DNA from: Treponema sp.
Lineage (GTDB): Bacteria > Spirochaetota > Spirochaetia > Treponematales > Treponemataceae
Assembly: GCA_016293915.1 (NCBI GenBank)
Contig: JAEDCY010000008.1
Coordinates: 2,403-66,402 of the forward strand
Direction: 5' to 3'
DNA: 64,000 nucleotides
Made by a program: the position numbers and the translations under genes. Positions 7,446 to 17,720 of the stretch are shown here, piece by piece; position 1 is the first letter of the stretch, and the number at the start of each line of letters is the position of its first letter. The notes below the pieces were generated by a model that was given only the letters and a program-made list of their open reading frames with translations, did no database searches and was not told the DNA's origin.

Positions 7446-10280
7446 ATGAAAGACGAAATGATAGTAATCCGTGGTGCGCGTGAGCATAATTTAAAGAATA
7501 TTGATGTAACTTTTCCGCGTAACAAGCTGGTTGTAATTTCTGGTTTAAGTGGCTCGGGTAAATCTTCGCTGGCTTTTGATACTCTTTTTGCAGAAGGCCA
7601 GCGCCGTTATATGGAAAGTCTTTCAAGCTATGCACGCCAGTTTCTTGGACGTATGGATAAGCCTGATGTTGATTTGATAGAAGGTTTGTCTCCTGCTATT
7701 TCTATTGAACAAAAATCTACAAATAAAAATCCGCGTTCTACTGTGGGCACAATCACTGAAATATATGATTTTTACCGGCTTCTTTATGCACGCTGCGGTC
7801 ATGCCCACTGTCCAAACTGTGGCCGCGAAATCCGTGAGCAGAGTGTAGACCAGATTATTGACACCGTTATGGGTTGGGAAGACGGCACTAAAATGCAGAT
7901 TCTCGCTCCTGTTATCCGTGGAAAAAAAGGTGAACACCAGAAGATTCTGGATGATGCCAAGGCTTCTGGCTTTGTTCGGGCACGAATTGACGGTGTAATG
8001 GCTGAACTTGATGAGACAAATAAACTTGATAAACAGAAAAAGCATACAATCGAAATTGTTGTAGATCGAATTGTAAAGACCGACGAGGTAAGAAGTCGTC
8101 TTGCAGATTCTATTGAAATCGCTTTGAAAAATGCTAACGGAATTGTTGTTGTTACCCGCCGCGTTGGCGATAAAGATGAGGAGGTTTTCTTCAGTCAGAA
8201 GAATGCCTGTCCGGACTGTGGAATTTCTATTCCTGATTTACAGCCTCGTCTTTTTTCTTTTAACAATCCTTTTGGTGCCTGCCCGGAATGTACAGGTCTT
8301 GGTGAAAAAATGGAATGGGACTTTAATAAGATTCTGCCAGATCGTTCTTTGAGCTTCAATGAGCGTGCTTTCCCATTCTTTAATCCTGATAGTGAATGGA
8401 ATCATTCTATGTTTCAGGCTGTTGCAGATGCAGAAGGTTTTACTCTGGACACACCAATTTCCCGCTTGACTGCCAGTCAGTTTGAGTACCTTTGGAATGG
8501 AGACCCGGACCGCAAGATTCAATGGGTTTATAAAAAGCAGAACGGGGAAGGTTACAGCGAGTATAACCGTCCATGGCCCGGAGTTCTAAACGAAATGAAG
8601 CGCCGTCACGCAGAAGCATGGGGCGACAGTATGCGTGCCAACATAGAAGAAAAGTTTATGAAGGTTGGTCACTGTTCCTGCTGTAATGGTCAGCGTCTTC
8701 GTAAGGAAGCTCTTGGGGTGACTGTAGGTGGTAAGAATATCTGGGAACTCTGCTGTCTTTCTGTTTCTGACTCTATAGACTTTTTTGATAATCTTAAGCT
8801 TACTGAAAGTGAAGAGCAAATTGCAGCTCAGGTAATAAAAGAAATTCGTGCACGTCTGCGTTTTTTGCGTGATGTTGGACTTGACTATCTTACTATGGAG
8901 CGTGCTGCTGAAACTTTAAGCGGTGGCGAGGCTCAGCGAATCCGCCTTGCAACACAAATCGGATCTGCCCTCTGCGGTGTTATGTACATTCTCGATGAGC
9001 CTTCCATTGGTTTGCATCAGCGCGACAACCAGCGCCTCATAGACACACTGCTCAGCCTTCGCGACAATGGCAACACCGTAATTGTAGTAGAACACGACGA
9101 ACAGACTCTGCGCACAGCAGACTACCTTATAGACATAGGTCCCGGCGCGGGCGTTAATGGCGGACGGGTAGTTGCCGCCGGCACTCCTACAGAAGTTGCA
9201 AAGGTAAAGGAAAGCCTTACCGGTCAGTACCTGGCCGGCACCCTTCGTATGGACGTTCCTAAGACTCGCCGCCCTGGCAACGGAAACTTCATCAAAGTTA
9301 TCGGCGTAACCGAACACAACCTCAAAAACGTAAGCATACAGATTCCGCTTGGAACCTTTACCTGTATAACCGGCGTAAGTGGCTCAGGAAAATCAACTCT
9401 GATGAGTGACGTATTGTACCCGGCTCTCAGCAATCGAGTTATGCGCACAAACTATGATGTAGGCGAGTGCGAAGGTGTAGAAGGCGCGGAGTTTATAGAT
9501 AAAGTAATCAATATAGACCAGAGCCCGATCGGCCGCACCCCACGCTCTAACCCAGCAACTTATATTGGAGTCTTCGACGCAATCCGCGACCTTTTTGCAA
9601 GCCTGCCCGAATCAAAAGCCCGCGGTTACCTTAAAGGCCGCTTCAGTTTTAATGTAAAAGGCGGTCGCTGCGAAGCCTGCCAGGGTGCAGGAGAAAACGT
9701 AATTGAAATGAACTTCCTGCCCGACGTATATGTTCAGTGCGAGGTCTGCGGCGGAAAGCGCTTCAACAAAGAAACTCTGGAAGTGACTTATAAAGGTAAA
9801 TCCATCAACGACGTACTAAATATGTCCATAGACGAAGCCTGCGACTTTTTTGCAAGCATCCCTCATATTGCCCGTAAGCTGGAAACTATGAAATCAGTTG
9901 GACTTGGCTACATAGAACTTGGCCAAAATGCACTAACGCTTAGCGGTGGTGAGGCCCAGCGTGTAAAACTTGCCAACGAGCTTGCCCGCGTTTCAACAGG
10001 AAAAACTCTCTATATAATGGATGAGCCTACAACAGGTCTTCATTTTGCAGATGTTAAGCAGCTTATGAGTGTGATTCAGCGTCTTGTGGATCAGGGAAAC
10101 TCTGTTGTAATGATTGAACACAATCTCGATGTAATATGCCAGGCTGATTATATAATTGATCTTGGTCCAGAAGGCGGTTTCCGCGGTGGTAACATTATTG
10201 CAACCGGTACTCCGGAAGAAGTTGCCCGCGAGCCTAAGAGCTACACCGGCCAGTTTATAAAGGGGCAGCTGGGACTATAG
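7446..10280 (+). CDS. uvrA: excinuclease ABC subunit A
   Basis: 944 aa with two ABC modules ([32 protein letters not shown] twice) and zinc-finger Cys clusters. Confidence 0.97.
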   Translation: MKDEMIVIRGAREHNLKNIDVTFPRNKLVVISGLSGSGKSSLAFDTLFAEGQRRYMESLSSYARQFLGRMDKPDVDLIEGLSPAISIEQKSTNKNPRSTVGTITEIYDFYRLLYARCGHAHCPNCGREIREQSVDQIIDTVMGWEDGTKMQILAPVIRGKKGEHQKILDDAKASGFVRARIDGVMAELDETNKLDKQKKHTIEIVVDRIVKTDEVRSRLADSIEIALKNANGIVVVTRRVGDKDEEVFFSQKNACPDCGISIPDLQPRLFSFNNPFGACPECTGLGEKMEWDFNKILPDRSLSFNERAFPFFNPDSEWNHSMFQAVADAEGFTLDTPISRLTASQFEYLWNGDPDRKIQWVYKKQNGEGYSEYNRPWPGVLNEMKRRHAEAWGDSMRANIEEKFMKVGHCSCCNGQRLRKEALGVTVGGKNIWELCCLSVSDSIDFFDNLKLTESEEQIAAQVIKEIRARLRFLRDVGLDYLTMERAAETLSGGEAQRIRLATQIGSALCGVMYILDEPSIGLHQRDNQRLIDTLLSLRDNGNTVIVVEHDEQTLRTADYLIDIGPGAGVNGGRVVAAGTPTEVAKVKESLTGQYLAGTLRMDVPKTRRPGNGNFIKVIGVTEHNLKNVSIQIPLGTFTCITGVSGSGKSTLMSDVLYPALSNRVMRTNYDVGECEGVEGAEFIDKVINIDQSPIGRTPRSNPATYIGVFDAIRDLFASLPESKARGYLKGRFSFNVKGGRCEACQGAGENVIEMNFLPDVYVQCEVCGGKRFNKETLEVTYKGKSINDVLNMSIDEACDFFASIPHIARKLETMKSVGLGYIELGQNALTLSGGEAQRVKLANELARVSTGKTLYIMDEPTTGLHFADVKQLMSVIQRLVDQGNSVVMIEHNLDVICQADYIIDLGPEGGFRGGNIIATGTPEEVAREPKSYTGQFIKGQLGL

Positions 10281-10286
10281 CTTTTT

Positions 10287-13200
10287 ATGAATCGTCGTTT
10301 ATTTTTTGCATCAATTTTTGTTTTTCTCTTAAGCCTGCCTGTTTTTTCACAGAGTGATGATGATTTAGAAGAACCAAAAGAACCGGAAATTACTGTTATT
10401 ACTATAAATAATGCCCGCCAGACTTCATATAAAAAAAATGAAGACACCGGCAACGATTCAATAGTTCTCGAAGGTTCTGTATCACTTACAGTTCAAAAAG
10501 GTCAGTCAACCAACGAAATTACGGCAGACAAAATCACATACGATCGAAAAACAGAAATGCTTTATGCCGAAGGAAATGTTGAAGTTATAATGAAAAGCAG
10601 TGCTTCGGGAAAAGACAAGGCAAATGCAAATTCTCTTCTTTTGAATACATCTACACTTGAAGGTGTGTTTGATGGAGGACGTGTTATCCAGACTCAGAGC
10701 GATGCACTAAATCTTCCTTCCGGTTCAACTCTTATTGTTTTTTCTGAAGTTTTTGGAAAAGGAAATGAAAGTGTTATAACTTTTAAAAATTCAAGTCTTA
10801 CATTCTGTGATGAAGATCCTCCCCACTGGCATATTGATTCAACTCGTACCTGGCTGCTTCCTGGCGGCGAGTTTGCATTCTTTAATGCTATTCTTTATGT
10901 TGGTGTAATTCCTGTAATGTATTTTCCGGCTTTCTATTATCCAAAGGATGAATTGATTTTTAATCCTGTATTTAATTATACAAGACGCGAAGGTCATTCT
11001 ATTCAAACTACAACATATTTGTGGGGTAGAAAACCTCTTGAATCATCGACAACAACATCTGACAGTTCAAATGTCTCTTCCGATTCATTAAGAGGTGTTT
11101 TTAGTTTTATAAAATCAGATACATTAAAAGAGCAGGTTAGAGAAGGTCTTGTGCTTCATAATCTGGATGAAGATTATCGAGGTGACACATCTCATTATGT
11201 AAAGATTATGGCCGACTGGTATTCCAATCTTGGTTTTATGGCCGGCATTGATGGAAAACTTAATCCCTGGGAAACTTATATTTCCAGACTTGATTTTGGT
11301 TTTTATCTTGGATTAAGTAATACCTTGTTTAAGGATAGCTCAAGAGCTGTTTATCATCCATTCTCGAAATCAGGAAGAATGTATAAAGATTCCTCTTCCT
11401 TCATGGGAATTAAGCTGCCTTTCAGATACAGCACTAATTTCCAATTTGAATTATCAAAGCCTTTTAGAGTATCTCTTGCATTACCTGTTTATTCTGACCC
11501 TTATTATGCTTATGATTTTCTGAATAACAGACATGAAACAATGGACTGGATTTCCTATCTTCTTGATAATTCTCAGAATTCAACGGATGAAATTTCGATT
11601 ACCGAAGTTTCTTCTTATGCATGGACTCTTAAGACATCGTATTCTCCATCTCTTCCAGAATTTTTCAGACCATATCTGACATCAGTAACAATTTCAACAG
11701 AATCAAGTGTAAATATTTCATCAAAAAATACAGAATTTACTTATCTTAAAGATGGCGTCAGAATAACAAATTATGATAAAAACGAATATGAAGAAGAATG
11801 GTTATCTTATACTCCAAACAGAAAGTTTTATTATCCTTCTCTCATAACTCCAATTTCAGCTTCAATTTCTGGAGGAGGAACTCTTTTCTCCTGGCCGCCA
11901 TATAAAAGATCTTCTACAAAGAACCTTCCATATATAATTTCTATGAATAAGCCGGATGAACTTAAAACTGAAAAACAGCTGGAGACAGAAAAAAAAGCAG
12001 CAGAAGCTGAACGCAAAAAAAAGGAAGGTCTGGAAGTTGAGCCTGAAGAAGAGATAAAAGATGAAGAGGAAGAAGAAAATCCGTTTACTCTTCCTGAGCT
12101 TGAATTTGCTGTAAATAAAGAAACAGTAGATGATACAATTGCCTATAAACTTGATTACTCGCTTGGATTTAATATTCAGGATCAGATGGCTTATAACGCT
12201 GCTAATCTTCATACATCTGATGATTTTCAATGGGAAAGAGTCCGCTCAAATATGTATATTATTAAGCTCCCGGCTTCTCTTTCAAGCAGATTTAACTATG
12301 GTGGAAATTTCCTGACAGTAGAGAACAGATTTTCTTCAACACCGATATTTCAGGAGCATTCATATATATCACCTGATGCCGGATATACAGACAAAGAAAT
12401 TGACAATCTGAGACTTGCAGATTATAAGGCTGAAAACAGGGATGTAATCAATTCAAATAGTGTTGTTTTGAAACCGTTTTTATTTTTTCCTGTAATTAGT
12501 GATACAAGTCTTTCATGGAATTCTTCTATTAAATTATATCGAAGAATTTTTACAGGAACAGCAAGCGAACCGAAATGGGATGATAAAGGAATGGATATTG
12601 GAGATGAGGAATGTATAACCGTCAATTCTCTTGCTGCTGATATCAGAGCAAAAGAATTTAATGATAAGGTTATTCAATCCCTAAGACTTGAAGCTATTAT
12701 GCCTCCATTGCTTAAAAAGTATACGGCAACTTTAGGACTTACATTCCCTTATGTATCTGCTTCAATAAGTACTGGTTTTGAAGAAGTAAAAAGAGATGCA
12801 GTTGATGTAAATGAAAAATGGAAGAAAAGTCCTTTGAATCAGAGTCTTTCTGTATCTCTCTTTAATTCAAAACTAACTTTTTCTGAAAATTATACTTATA
12901 ATCTTGAAGATAATAATCATGAAAGTCTTAAGTTTTCTGCTTCGGCATATGGAATGAATTTTTCATATACAATGGCTTATGTTCAAGGTTATGATTTTAA
13001 TGATGGCTGGATAATCCGAAAAGAAAAAGAATTTCTTCCTTATTCTTTATCATTTTCTTATCAGTCACCGGATAAAACATTCTTTAAATGGTTTAACCGA
13101 ATTGCTGTAACACCGGGACTTAGTACCAGTATTGTAGCTGATTTACTTAGACCAACAAACAGTTATTTTATTTTTTCTCCTTATATAAAATTCAGAGTTC

Positions 13201-13589
13201 ATGAATTATTTGATATTACTTTTTCTGCAACAACCCGAAACTCGGTTCTTTACTGGTATTTCCATAATGAACCAGGCGATTTGTACAGTGAGTGGGGAGG
13301 ATTCCCTGGTAATATCATAAAAGATTTGATTGATTCTTTCCGTTTTGATAATGAAAAATTGAGAAAAAACTCGGGATTCAAGCTTAAATCATTGAATATG
13401 ACAATTTCGCATGATCTTCATGACTGGAAATTTAATATGACAATGAAAATTGAACCACGTTTAATTACCGAAAACGGCAAAAAGTACTTTGATTTTAAGC
13501 CATATATAACAATTGGAGTAATATGGAAGCCAATGGAGAGCATGAAAACCAGCATTGTTGATAATTACGGCGAATGGAAACTGGAGTAG
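10287..13589 (+). CDS. lptD: large outer-membrane protein, LptD/OstA-like
   Basis: Signal peptide MNRRLFFASIFVFLLSLPVFSQ, an OstA-like N-terminal strand repeat (ITADKITYDRKTEMLYAEGNVEV) and a long aromatic-rich C-terminus. It sits immediately after uvrA, as I recall for T. pallidum TP0514/TP0515. It carries a K/E-rich insert around 11940-12080. Confidence 0.5.
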   Translation: MNRRLFFASIFVFLLSLPVFSQSDDDLEEPKEPEITVITINNARQTSYKKNEDTGNDSIVLEGSVSLTVQKGQSTNEITADKITYDRKTEMLYAEGNVEVIMKSSASGKDKANANSLLLNTSTLEGVFDGGRVIQTQSDALNLPSGSTLIVFSEVFGKGNESVITFKNSSLTFCDEDPPHWHIDSTRTWLLPGGEFAFFNAILYVGVIPVMYFPAFYYPKDELIFNPVFNYTRREGHSIQTTTYLWGRKPLESSTTTSDSSNVSSDSLRGVFSFIKSDTLKEQVREGLVLHNLDEDYRGDTSHYVKIMADWYSNLGFMAGIDGKLNPWETYISRLDFGFYLGLSNTLFKDSSRAVYHPFSKSGRMYKDSSSFMGIKLPFRYSTNFQFELSKPFRVSLALPVYSDPYYAYDFLNNRHETMDWISYLLDNSQNSTDEISITEVSSYAWTLKTSYSPSLPEFFRPYLTSVTISTESSVNISSKNTEFTYLKDGVRITNYDKNEYEEEWLSYTPNRKFYYPSLITPISASISGGGTLFSWPPYKRSSTKNLPYIISMNKPDELKTEKQLETEKKAAEAERKKKEGLEVEPEEEIKDEEEEENPFTLPELEFAVNKETVDDTIAYKLDYSLGFNIQDQMAYNAANLHTSDDFQWERVRSNMYIIKLPASLSSRFNYGGNFLTVENRFSSTPIFQEHSYISPDAGYTDKEIDNLRLADYKAENRDVINSNSVVLKPFLFFPVISDTSLSWNSSIKLYRRIFTGTASEPKWDDKGMDIGDEECITVNSLAADIRAKEFNDKVIQSLRLEAIMPPLLKKYTATLGLTFPYVSASISTGFEEVKRDAVDVNEKWKKSPLNQSLSVSLFNSKLTFSENYTYNLEDNNHESLKFSASAYGMNFSYTMAYVQGYDFNDGWIIRKEKEFLPYSLSFSYQSPDKTFFKWFNRIAVTPGLSTSIVADLLRPTNSYFIFSPYIKFRVHELFDITFSATTRNSVLYWYFHNEPGDLYSEWGGFPGNIIKDLIDSFRFDNEKLRKNSGFKLKSLNMTISHDLHDWKFNMTMKIEPRLITENGKKYFDFKPYITIGVIWKPMESMKTSIVDNYGEWKLE

Positions 13590-13662
13590 CCTAAAGGCTC
13601 AAGCTGCGAGACTATGCGAGCAGCCTACGGTTCAAGCTGCTAGCAGCCGATAATCGAAATTA

Positions 13663-13691
13663 TTGACAATTACTAAGTGATAATTGATAAT
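13663..13691 (+). promoter_or_regulatory. sigma70-like promoter (TTGACA-17 nt-GATAAT) upstream of phoH
   Basis: TTGACA at 13663-13668, a 17-nt spacer, then GATAAT at 13686-13691. The phoH start is at 13708. Confidence 0.35.
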
Positions 13692-13707
13692 ATAATAAGA
13701 GGTATTT

Positions 13708-14643
13708 TTGAACGAATATACAATTGTAGTTCCAGATAACGACGTGCTTTCCTGCCTTTGTGGAACTAATGATAAAAATTTACAACTCATTGAAGAACAT
13801 CTAGGGGTTCCTGTTTTTACAAAAGGAAATGAACTTTCGGTTGAAAATGCAGCTCCCGAAATCTGCCAGAAATTCCAGTTTATTGTAGATCGAATCGTAG
13901 ACGAAGTTCAGTCCGGCGGAAAAAACAGCGACGACATTATACTTACCGTTCTTAATACAAAAAGAAAAATCGATGCAGACGAGATGGTAATTATGATTCC
14001 CGGTGCCCTTCGTCGTGTCTATCCGCGTACCCAGGGACAGGCTGAATATGTAAATCTGCTTCAAACCCATGATATGGTATTCTGTACAGGCTCTGCCGGA
14101 AGCGGAAAAACCTACCTTGCTGTAGCAGAAGCCCTCCGTCTCATACTCACACACAAGAAATCAAAATTAATAATAACCCGTCCTGTTGTAGAAGCAGGCG
14201 AGAGCCTCGGTTTTCTGCCGGGAGATCTCGAAGATAAAATTGACCCCTACCTGCGTCCGCTCCGAGACGCGATGGAAACAATCCTTCCGCCCGAATCTGT
14301 AAGAAGACTTTTTGAAGCAGGTATAGTAGAGGTTGCTCCTCTGGCTTATATGAGAGGACGTACACTAAATAATGCAGTTGTAATTCTGGATGAAGCTCAG
14401 AATACAACCTGCGCACAGATGAAAATGTTCCTTACCCGAATGGGTGAGAATACAAAGGTTTTTGTAACCGGCGACCCGAGCCAGATAGACCTTCCGAAAA
14501 AGCTTGAGTCCGGCTTAATGCATTCAATCAGTATATTATATAAAATAGAAGATATAGGTTTTATGGAGCTTACAGCAGAAGATGTTGTAAGAAATCCATT
14601 AGTTAAGAAAATAGTAAAGGCGTATGAAAATGAAAAGGAATAA
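13708..14643 (+). CDS. phoH: PhoH-family ATPase
   Basis: Walker A GSAGSGKTYLAVA, VILDEAQN and FVTGDPSQIDL. Confidence 0.92.
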   Translation: MNEYTIVVPDNDVLSCLCGTNDKNLQLIEEHLGVPVFTKGNELSVENAAPEICQKFQFIVDRIVDEVQSGGKNSDDIILTVLNTKRKIDADEMVIMIPGALRRVYPRTQGQAEYVNLLQTHDMVFCTGSAGSGKTYLAVAEALRLILTHKKSKLIITRPVVEAGESLGFLPGDLEDKIDPYLRPLRDAMETILPPESVRRLFEAGIVEVAPLAYMRGRTLNNAVVILDEAQNTTCAQMKMFLTRMGENTKVFVTGDPSQIDLPKKLESGLMHSISILYKIEDIGFMELTAEDVVRNPLVKKIVKAYENEKE

Positions 14644-16468
14644 TTCCGAAAAAGAAAACAAAAAAACTGGAACTGCAGCAATCGTACTTAAAAGTGTGGG
14701 GGAATATATCAGAAAAAATTATCCCTTCCTGATTCTCTTTTTTGCAGGACTTCTTGCTGTTTCTGCTTTAAATTTTGTAAGAATCAGTACTGCTCAGACC
14801 ATTGCAAATTTTTCACTGGGAGATTTTGAAATAGGACAGATTGCAGACCGTACAATTATTGCGGATAGAAGTCTTCCTCCTGATAATGTGGATCCGGTTT
14901 ATGTAACAAAAGGGGAAAAAATTATAAAGAAAGGTTTCCCGATTACAGAAGAAGGTTTTTCAAAGCTTAGAAAAATGTCTGCTTCTCCTTTGTATATTGA
15001 TTACCGTGCTTTTGCAAACAGCGAACTGTATCTGCTTCTGCTTTCGATAATGTGGTATCTGCTTTTTACATTTATTTCTGTAAACCGAAAACTTTTGTTT
15101 AAAGAACCGCTTTTGCAGGTGATTTTCTTTCTTGCCGTTTATGCGGTTACGGCTTTCTGTGGAAAGTTACCTTTGTTCTCAAGTCCCTACAGCATTTGTG
15201 TTGCAATCCCTTCGGCCCTGTTTATTATGATTGTTACGATTCTTTACGGAAATCTTTCTGCTCAGCTTCTTTCAATCGTAATGTCTATAGGTGTTCTCTG
15301 CGCTACAAACTGGCAGATTCCAACCTTCCTGATGACTCTCGCTTCATCTCTTACAGCTGCTGCAATTGTGCGTAAAATTGAACGAAGACTTGATCTTGTT
15401 TTTGCAGGTCTTATGATTGCGATTTTCAATATAGTTTTTGTACTGCTCTTTTCTGTAATCTTTAATGAGACTTTTGATGATATTCCAAAGCTGATGATTG
15501 GTCTTGCAATAAACGGTTTCCTTTCAGGAATCCTTACTTTGGGCTTTTTGACTCCGCTGGAAATCATTCTTAATACTGCCTCTGTTTTCCGCCTTATGGA
15601 TTTAAGCGACAATAATACTCCGATTTTTAAGCAGATGCAGATTCAAACAAACGGAACCTATAATCATTCTATGATGGTTGCCCAGCTTGCAGAAGCAGGC
15701 TGCCGTGAAATTGGTGCTAATTCTCTGCTTGCAAGAGTAGGTGCTTATTATCACGATATTGGAAAAATGGATCAAAGCGAATACTTTGTAGAAAATCAGG
15801 TAAATGGAATGGAAAACAAACATAATGACCTGAACCCGACACTTTCTGCATCAGTAATCAAAAGTCATGTTCGTAAGGGAGTTGAAAAAGCCCGCCAGCT
15901 GCATCTGCCTCAGGCTGTAATTGATATTATTTCTGAACATCACGGAAACAGTATAATTACTTATTTCTATAATAGTGCAAAGGAAAAAGATCCTTCTCTT
16001 GATGAAGATGATTTCAGATACCCGGGTATTCCGCCAACAACTAAAGAATCTGCTGTTGTTATGCTTGCAGATACTGTTGAGGCAGCCTGCCATACACTTG
16101 AAAATCCAACTTCTCAGCGCCTGGACAAGTTTATCACAATGCTTATTACTCAGAAGGTAGAAAATAAACAGCTTGATAATTGTGATCTTACATTCCGTGA
16201 TATTTCAAAAATAAAGACTGCTTTTGTAAACCTTCTCACAGGTTATTATCATAACCGAATTAAATATCAGAATCAGCAGGATCCGGATGAGGCTCCTGCA
16301 AAAACAGAAGAGGCTTCTCCTGATGCTGCAAAAGAAGTAAAAGAAGAAAAAGTAGTAAAAGAAGTAAAAACTGTAAAGGAGCAGAAAGAGAACTCTGAAT
16401 CGGTAAAAACTACAAAGACTTCTGCAGGCAGAGCTGCTTCTTCAAAAACTTCAAAGGAAAAGAAATGA
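14624..16468 (+). CDS. 7TM-receptor HD-domain phosphohydrolase (YqfF/PgpH family)
   Basis: A multi-TM central region is followed by the HD domain (YYHDIGK, SEHHG). It occupies the canonical phoH-HD-ybeY operon position and has a K/E/S-rich tail. Confidence 0.85.
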   Translation: MKMKRNNSEKENKKTGTAAIVLKSVGEYIRKNYPFLILFFAGLLAVSALNFVRISTAQTIANFSLGDFEIGQIADRTIIADRSLPPDNVDPVYVTKGEKIIKKGFPITEEGFSKLRKMSASPLYIDYRAFANSELYLLLLSIMWYLLFTFISVNRKLLFKEPLLQVIFFLAVYAVTAFCGKLPLFSSPYSICVAIPSALFIMIVTILYGNLSAQLLSIVMSIGVLCATNWQIPTFLMTLASSLTAAAIVRKIERRLDLVFAGLMIAIFNIVFVLLFSVIFNETFDDIPKLMIGLAINGFLSGILTLGFLTPLEIILNTASVFRLMDLSDNNTPIFKQMQIQTNGTYNHSMMVAQLAEAGCREIGANSLLARVGAYYHDIGKMDQSEYFVENQVNGMENKHNDLNPTLSASVIKSHVRKGVEKARQLHLPQAVIDIISEHHGNSIITYFYNSAKEKDPSLDEDDFRYPGIPPTTKESAVVMLADTVEAACHTLENPTSQRLDKFITMLITQKVENKQLDNCDLTFRDISKIKTAFVNLLTGYYHNRIKYQNQQDPDEAPAKTEEASPDAAKEVKEEKVVKEVKTVKEQKENSESVKTTKTSAGRAASSKTSKEKK

Positions 16469-16941
16469 ACCGGGTATATGTAGCAATGCAGGAGGGCATA
16501 GATGAGCCTGACTGGTTTGAAAGTGTAGAGCCCTTTGTTAATAAGGTAATGGGTGAACTCAAATTTGATGGGGAAGAAATTTCCATGCTTTTGTGTAATG
16601 ACACATATATGCAGGAGCTTAATAAAACATACCGCAACATCGACAGCACAACAGATGTTCTTTCTTTTGAAAATGATGAAGAATATGAGGACGAAGAGGG
16701 GAAATGGAAATGTGCAGGCGATATTGTAATAAGCCTTGATACCCTTCCTGTTAATGCCGAATATTTTAATGAGAGCAGAAATGACGAGTTCAAGCGTTTA
16801 ATAGTACATGGACTTTTACATCTTAATGGAATGGACCATGGCGAAGAGCATATTGAAAAAGACGTACAGCCTGTTTGTGAAATGCTTGTACTTCAGGAAA
16901 AAGTTTTAGAAAAATTAAAGGATGAAAAAATAATAAAATGA
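16465..16941 (+). CDS. ybeY: rRNA maturation endoribonuclease YbeY
   Basis: Zinc motif HGLLHLNGMDH. Start and stop overlap the neighbouring genes by 4 nt. Confidence 0.92.
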   Translation: MNRVYVAMQEGIDEPDWFESVEPFVNKVMGELKFDGEEISMLLCNDTYMQELNKTYRNIDSTTDVLSFENDEEYEDEEGKWKCAGDIVISLDTLPVNAEYFNESRNDEFKRLIVHGLLHLNGMDHGEEHIEKDVQPVCEMLVLQEKVLEKLKDEKIIK

Positions 16942-17720
16942 GTATTTTTAAGAAAAAGAAAACAGCTGCAGAAGAAGCAGAAATAATTCAACAGGAAATC
17001 TTAAATGAAGAAAAAAAAGACATGATTCAGGGAGTAGAGGATTTGTCTAAAACTTCTGTTAAGGAAGTTATGATTCCCCGAATTGATGTTGATTTTATTT
17101 CAAGCGACACACCACAAGATGAACTTTTTAATAAAATTGTAGCCAGCGGTCATTCTCGTTTTCCGCTTTATACAGACTCAATTGATAATGTAATCGGTGT
17201 TCTTTATGTAAAAGATATTATCAAATGTCTTGCTGAAAAAAAAGAAATCAATCTTACTCAGATTGCACGTAAAGCATATTTTGTTCCAGAAAGTAAACGT
17301 ATAGACTCTCTGCTTCGTGAATTTCGCCGCCATCACCTTCATATTGCAATTGCAATCGATGAGTATGGTGGAGTTTCAGGAATTGTAACTATGGAAGATA
17401 TTATCGAAGAGATTGTCGGTGATATTCAGGATGAGTTTGACAAGGAGCAGGAAGATATTCTTAAGGTCAGCGACAATGTATGGCTTTGTGATGCCCGTGT
17501 TGACCTTGACGATTTGAATGAGAGTCTTGAAGCTCAGTTCCCTAACGAAGATTTTGATTCTCTTGGTGGTTTTGTATTTGATTTATTTGGTAAAGTTCCT
17601 GTAAAATATGAAAAGGTGAGCTGGAATGATTATGATTTTATTGTACAGGATATGGAAGGCCACCGAATCAATATGGTAAAAATTATTAAAAATACTGATG
17701 ATGGAAAGGATGATGAGTAA
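16938..17720 (+). CDS. CBS-pair plus CorC/HlyC C-terminal domain protein (hemolysin C/CorC family)
   Basis: VKEVMIPRIDV, HLHIAIAIDEYGGVSGIVTMEDIIEEIVGDIQDEFD and operon context. Confidence 0.85.
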   Translation: MSIFKKKKTAAEEAEIIQQEILNEEKKDMIQGVEDLSKTSVKEVMIPRIDVDFISSDTPQDELFNKIVASGHSRFPLYTDSIDNVIGVLYVKDIIKCLAEKKEINLTQIARKAYFVPESKRIDSLLREFRRHHLHIAIAIDEYGGVSGIVTMEDIIEEIVGDIQDEFDKEQEDILKVSDNVWLCDARVDLDDLNESLEAQFPNEDFDSLGGFVFDLFGKVPVKYEKVSWNDYDFIVQDMEGHRINMVKIIKNTDDGKDDE

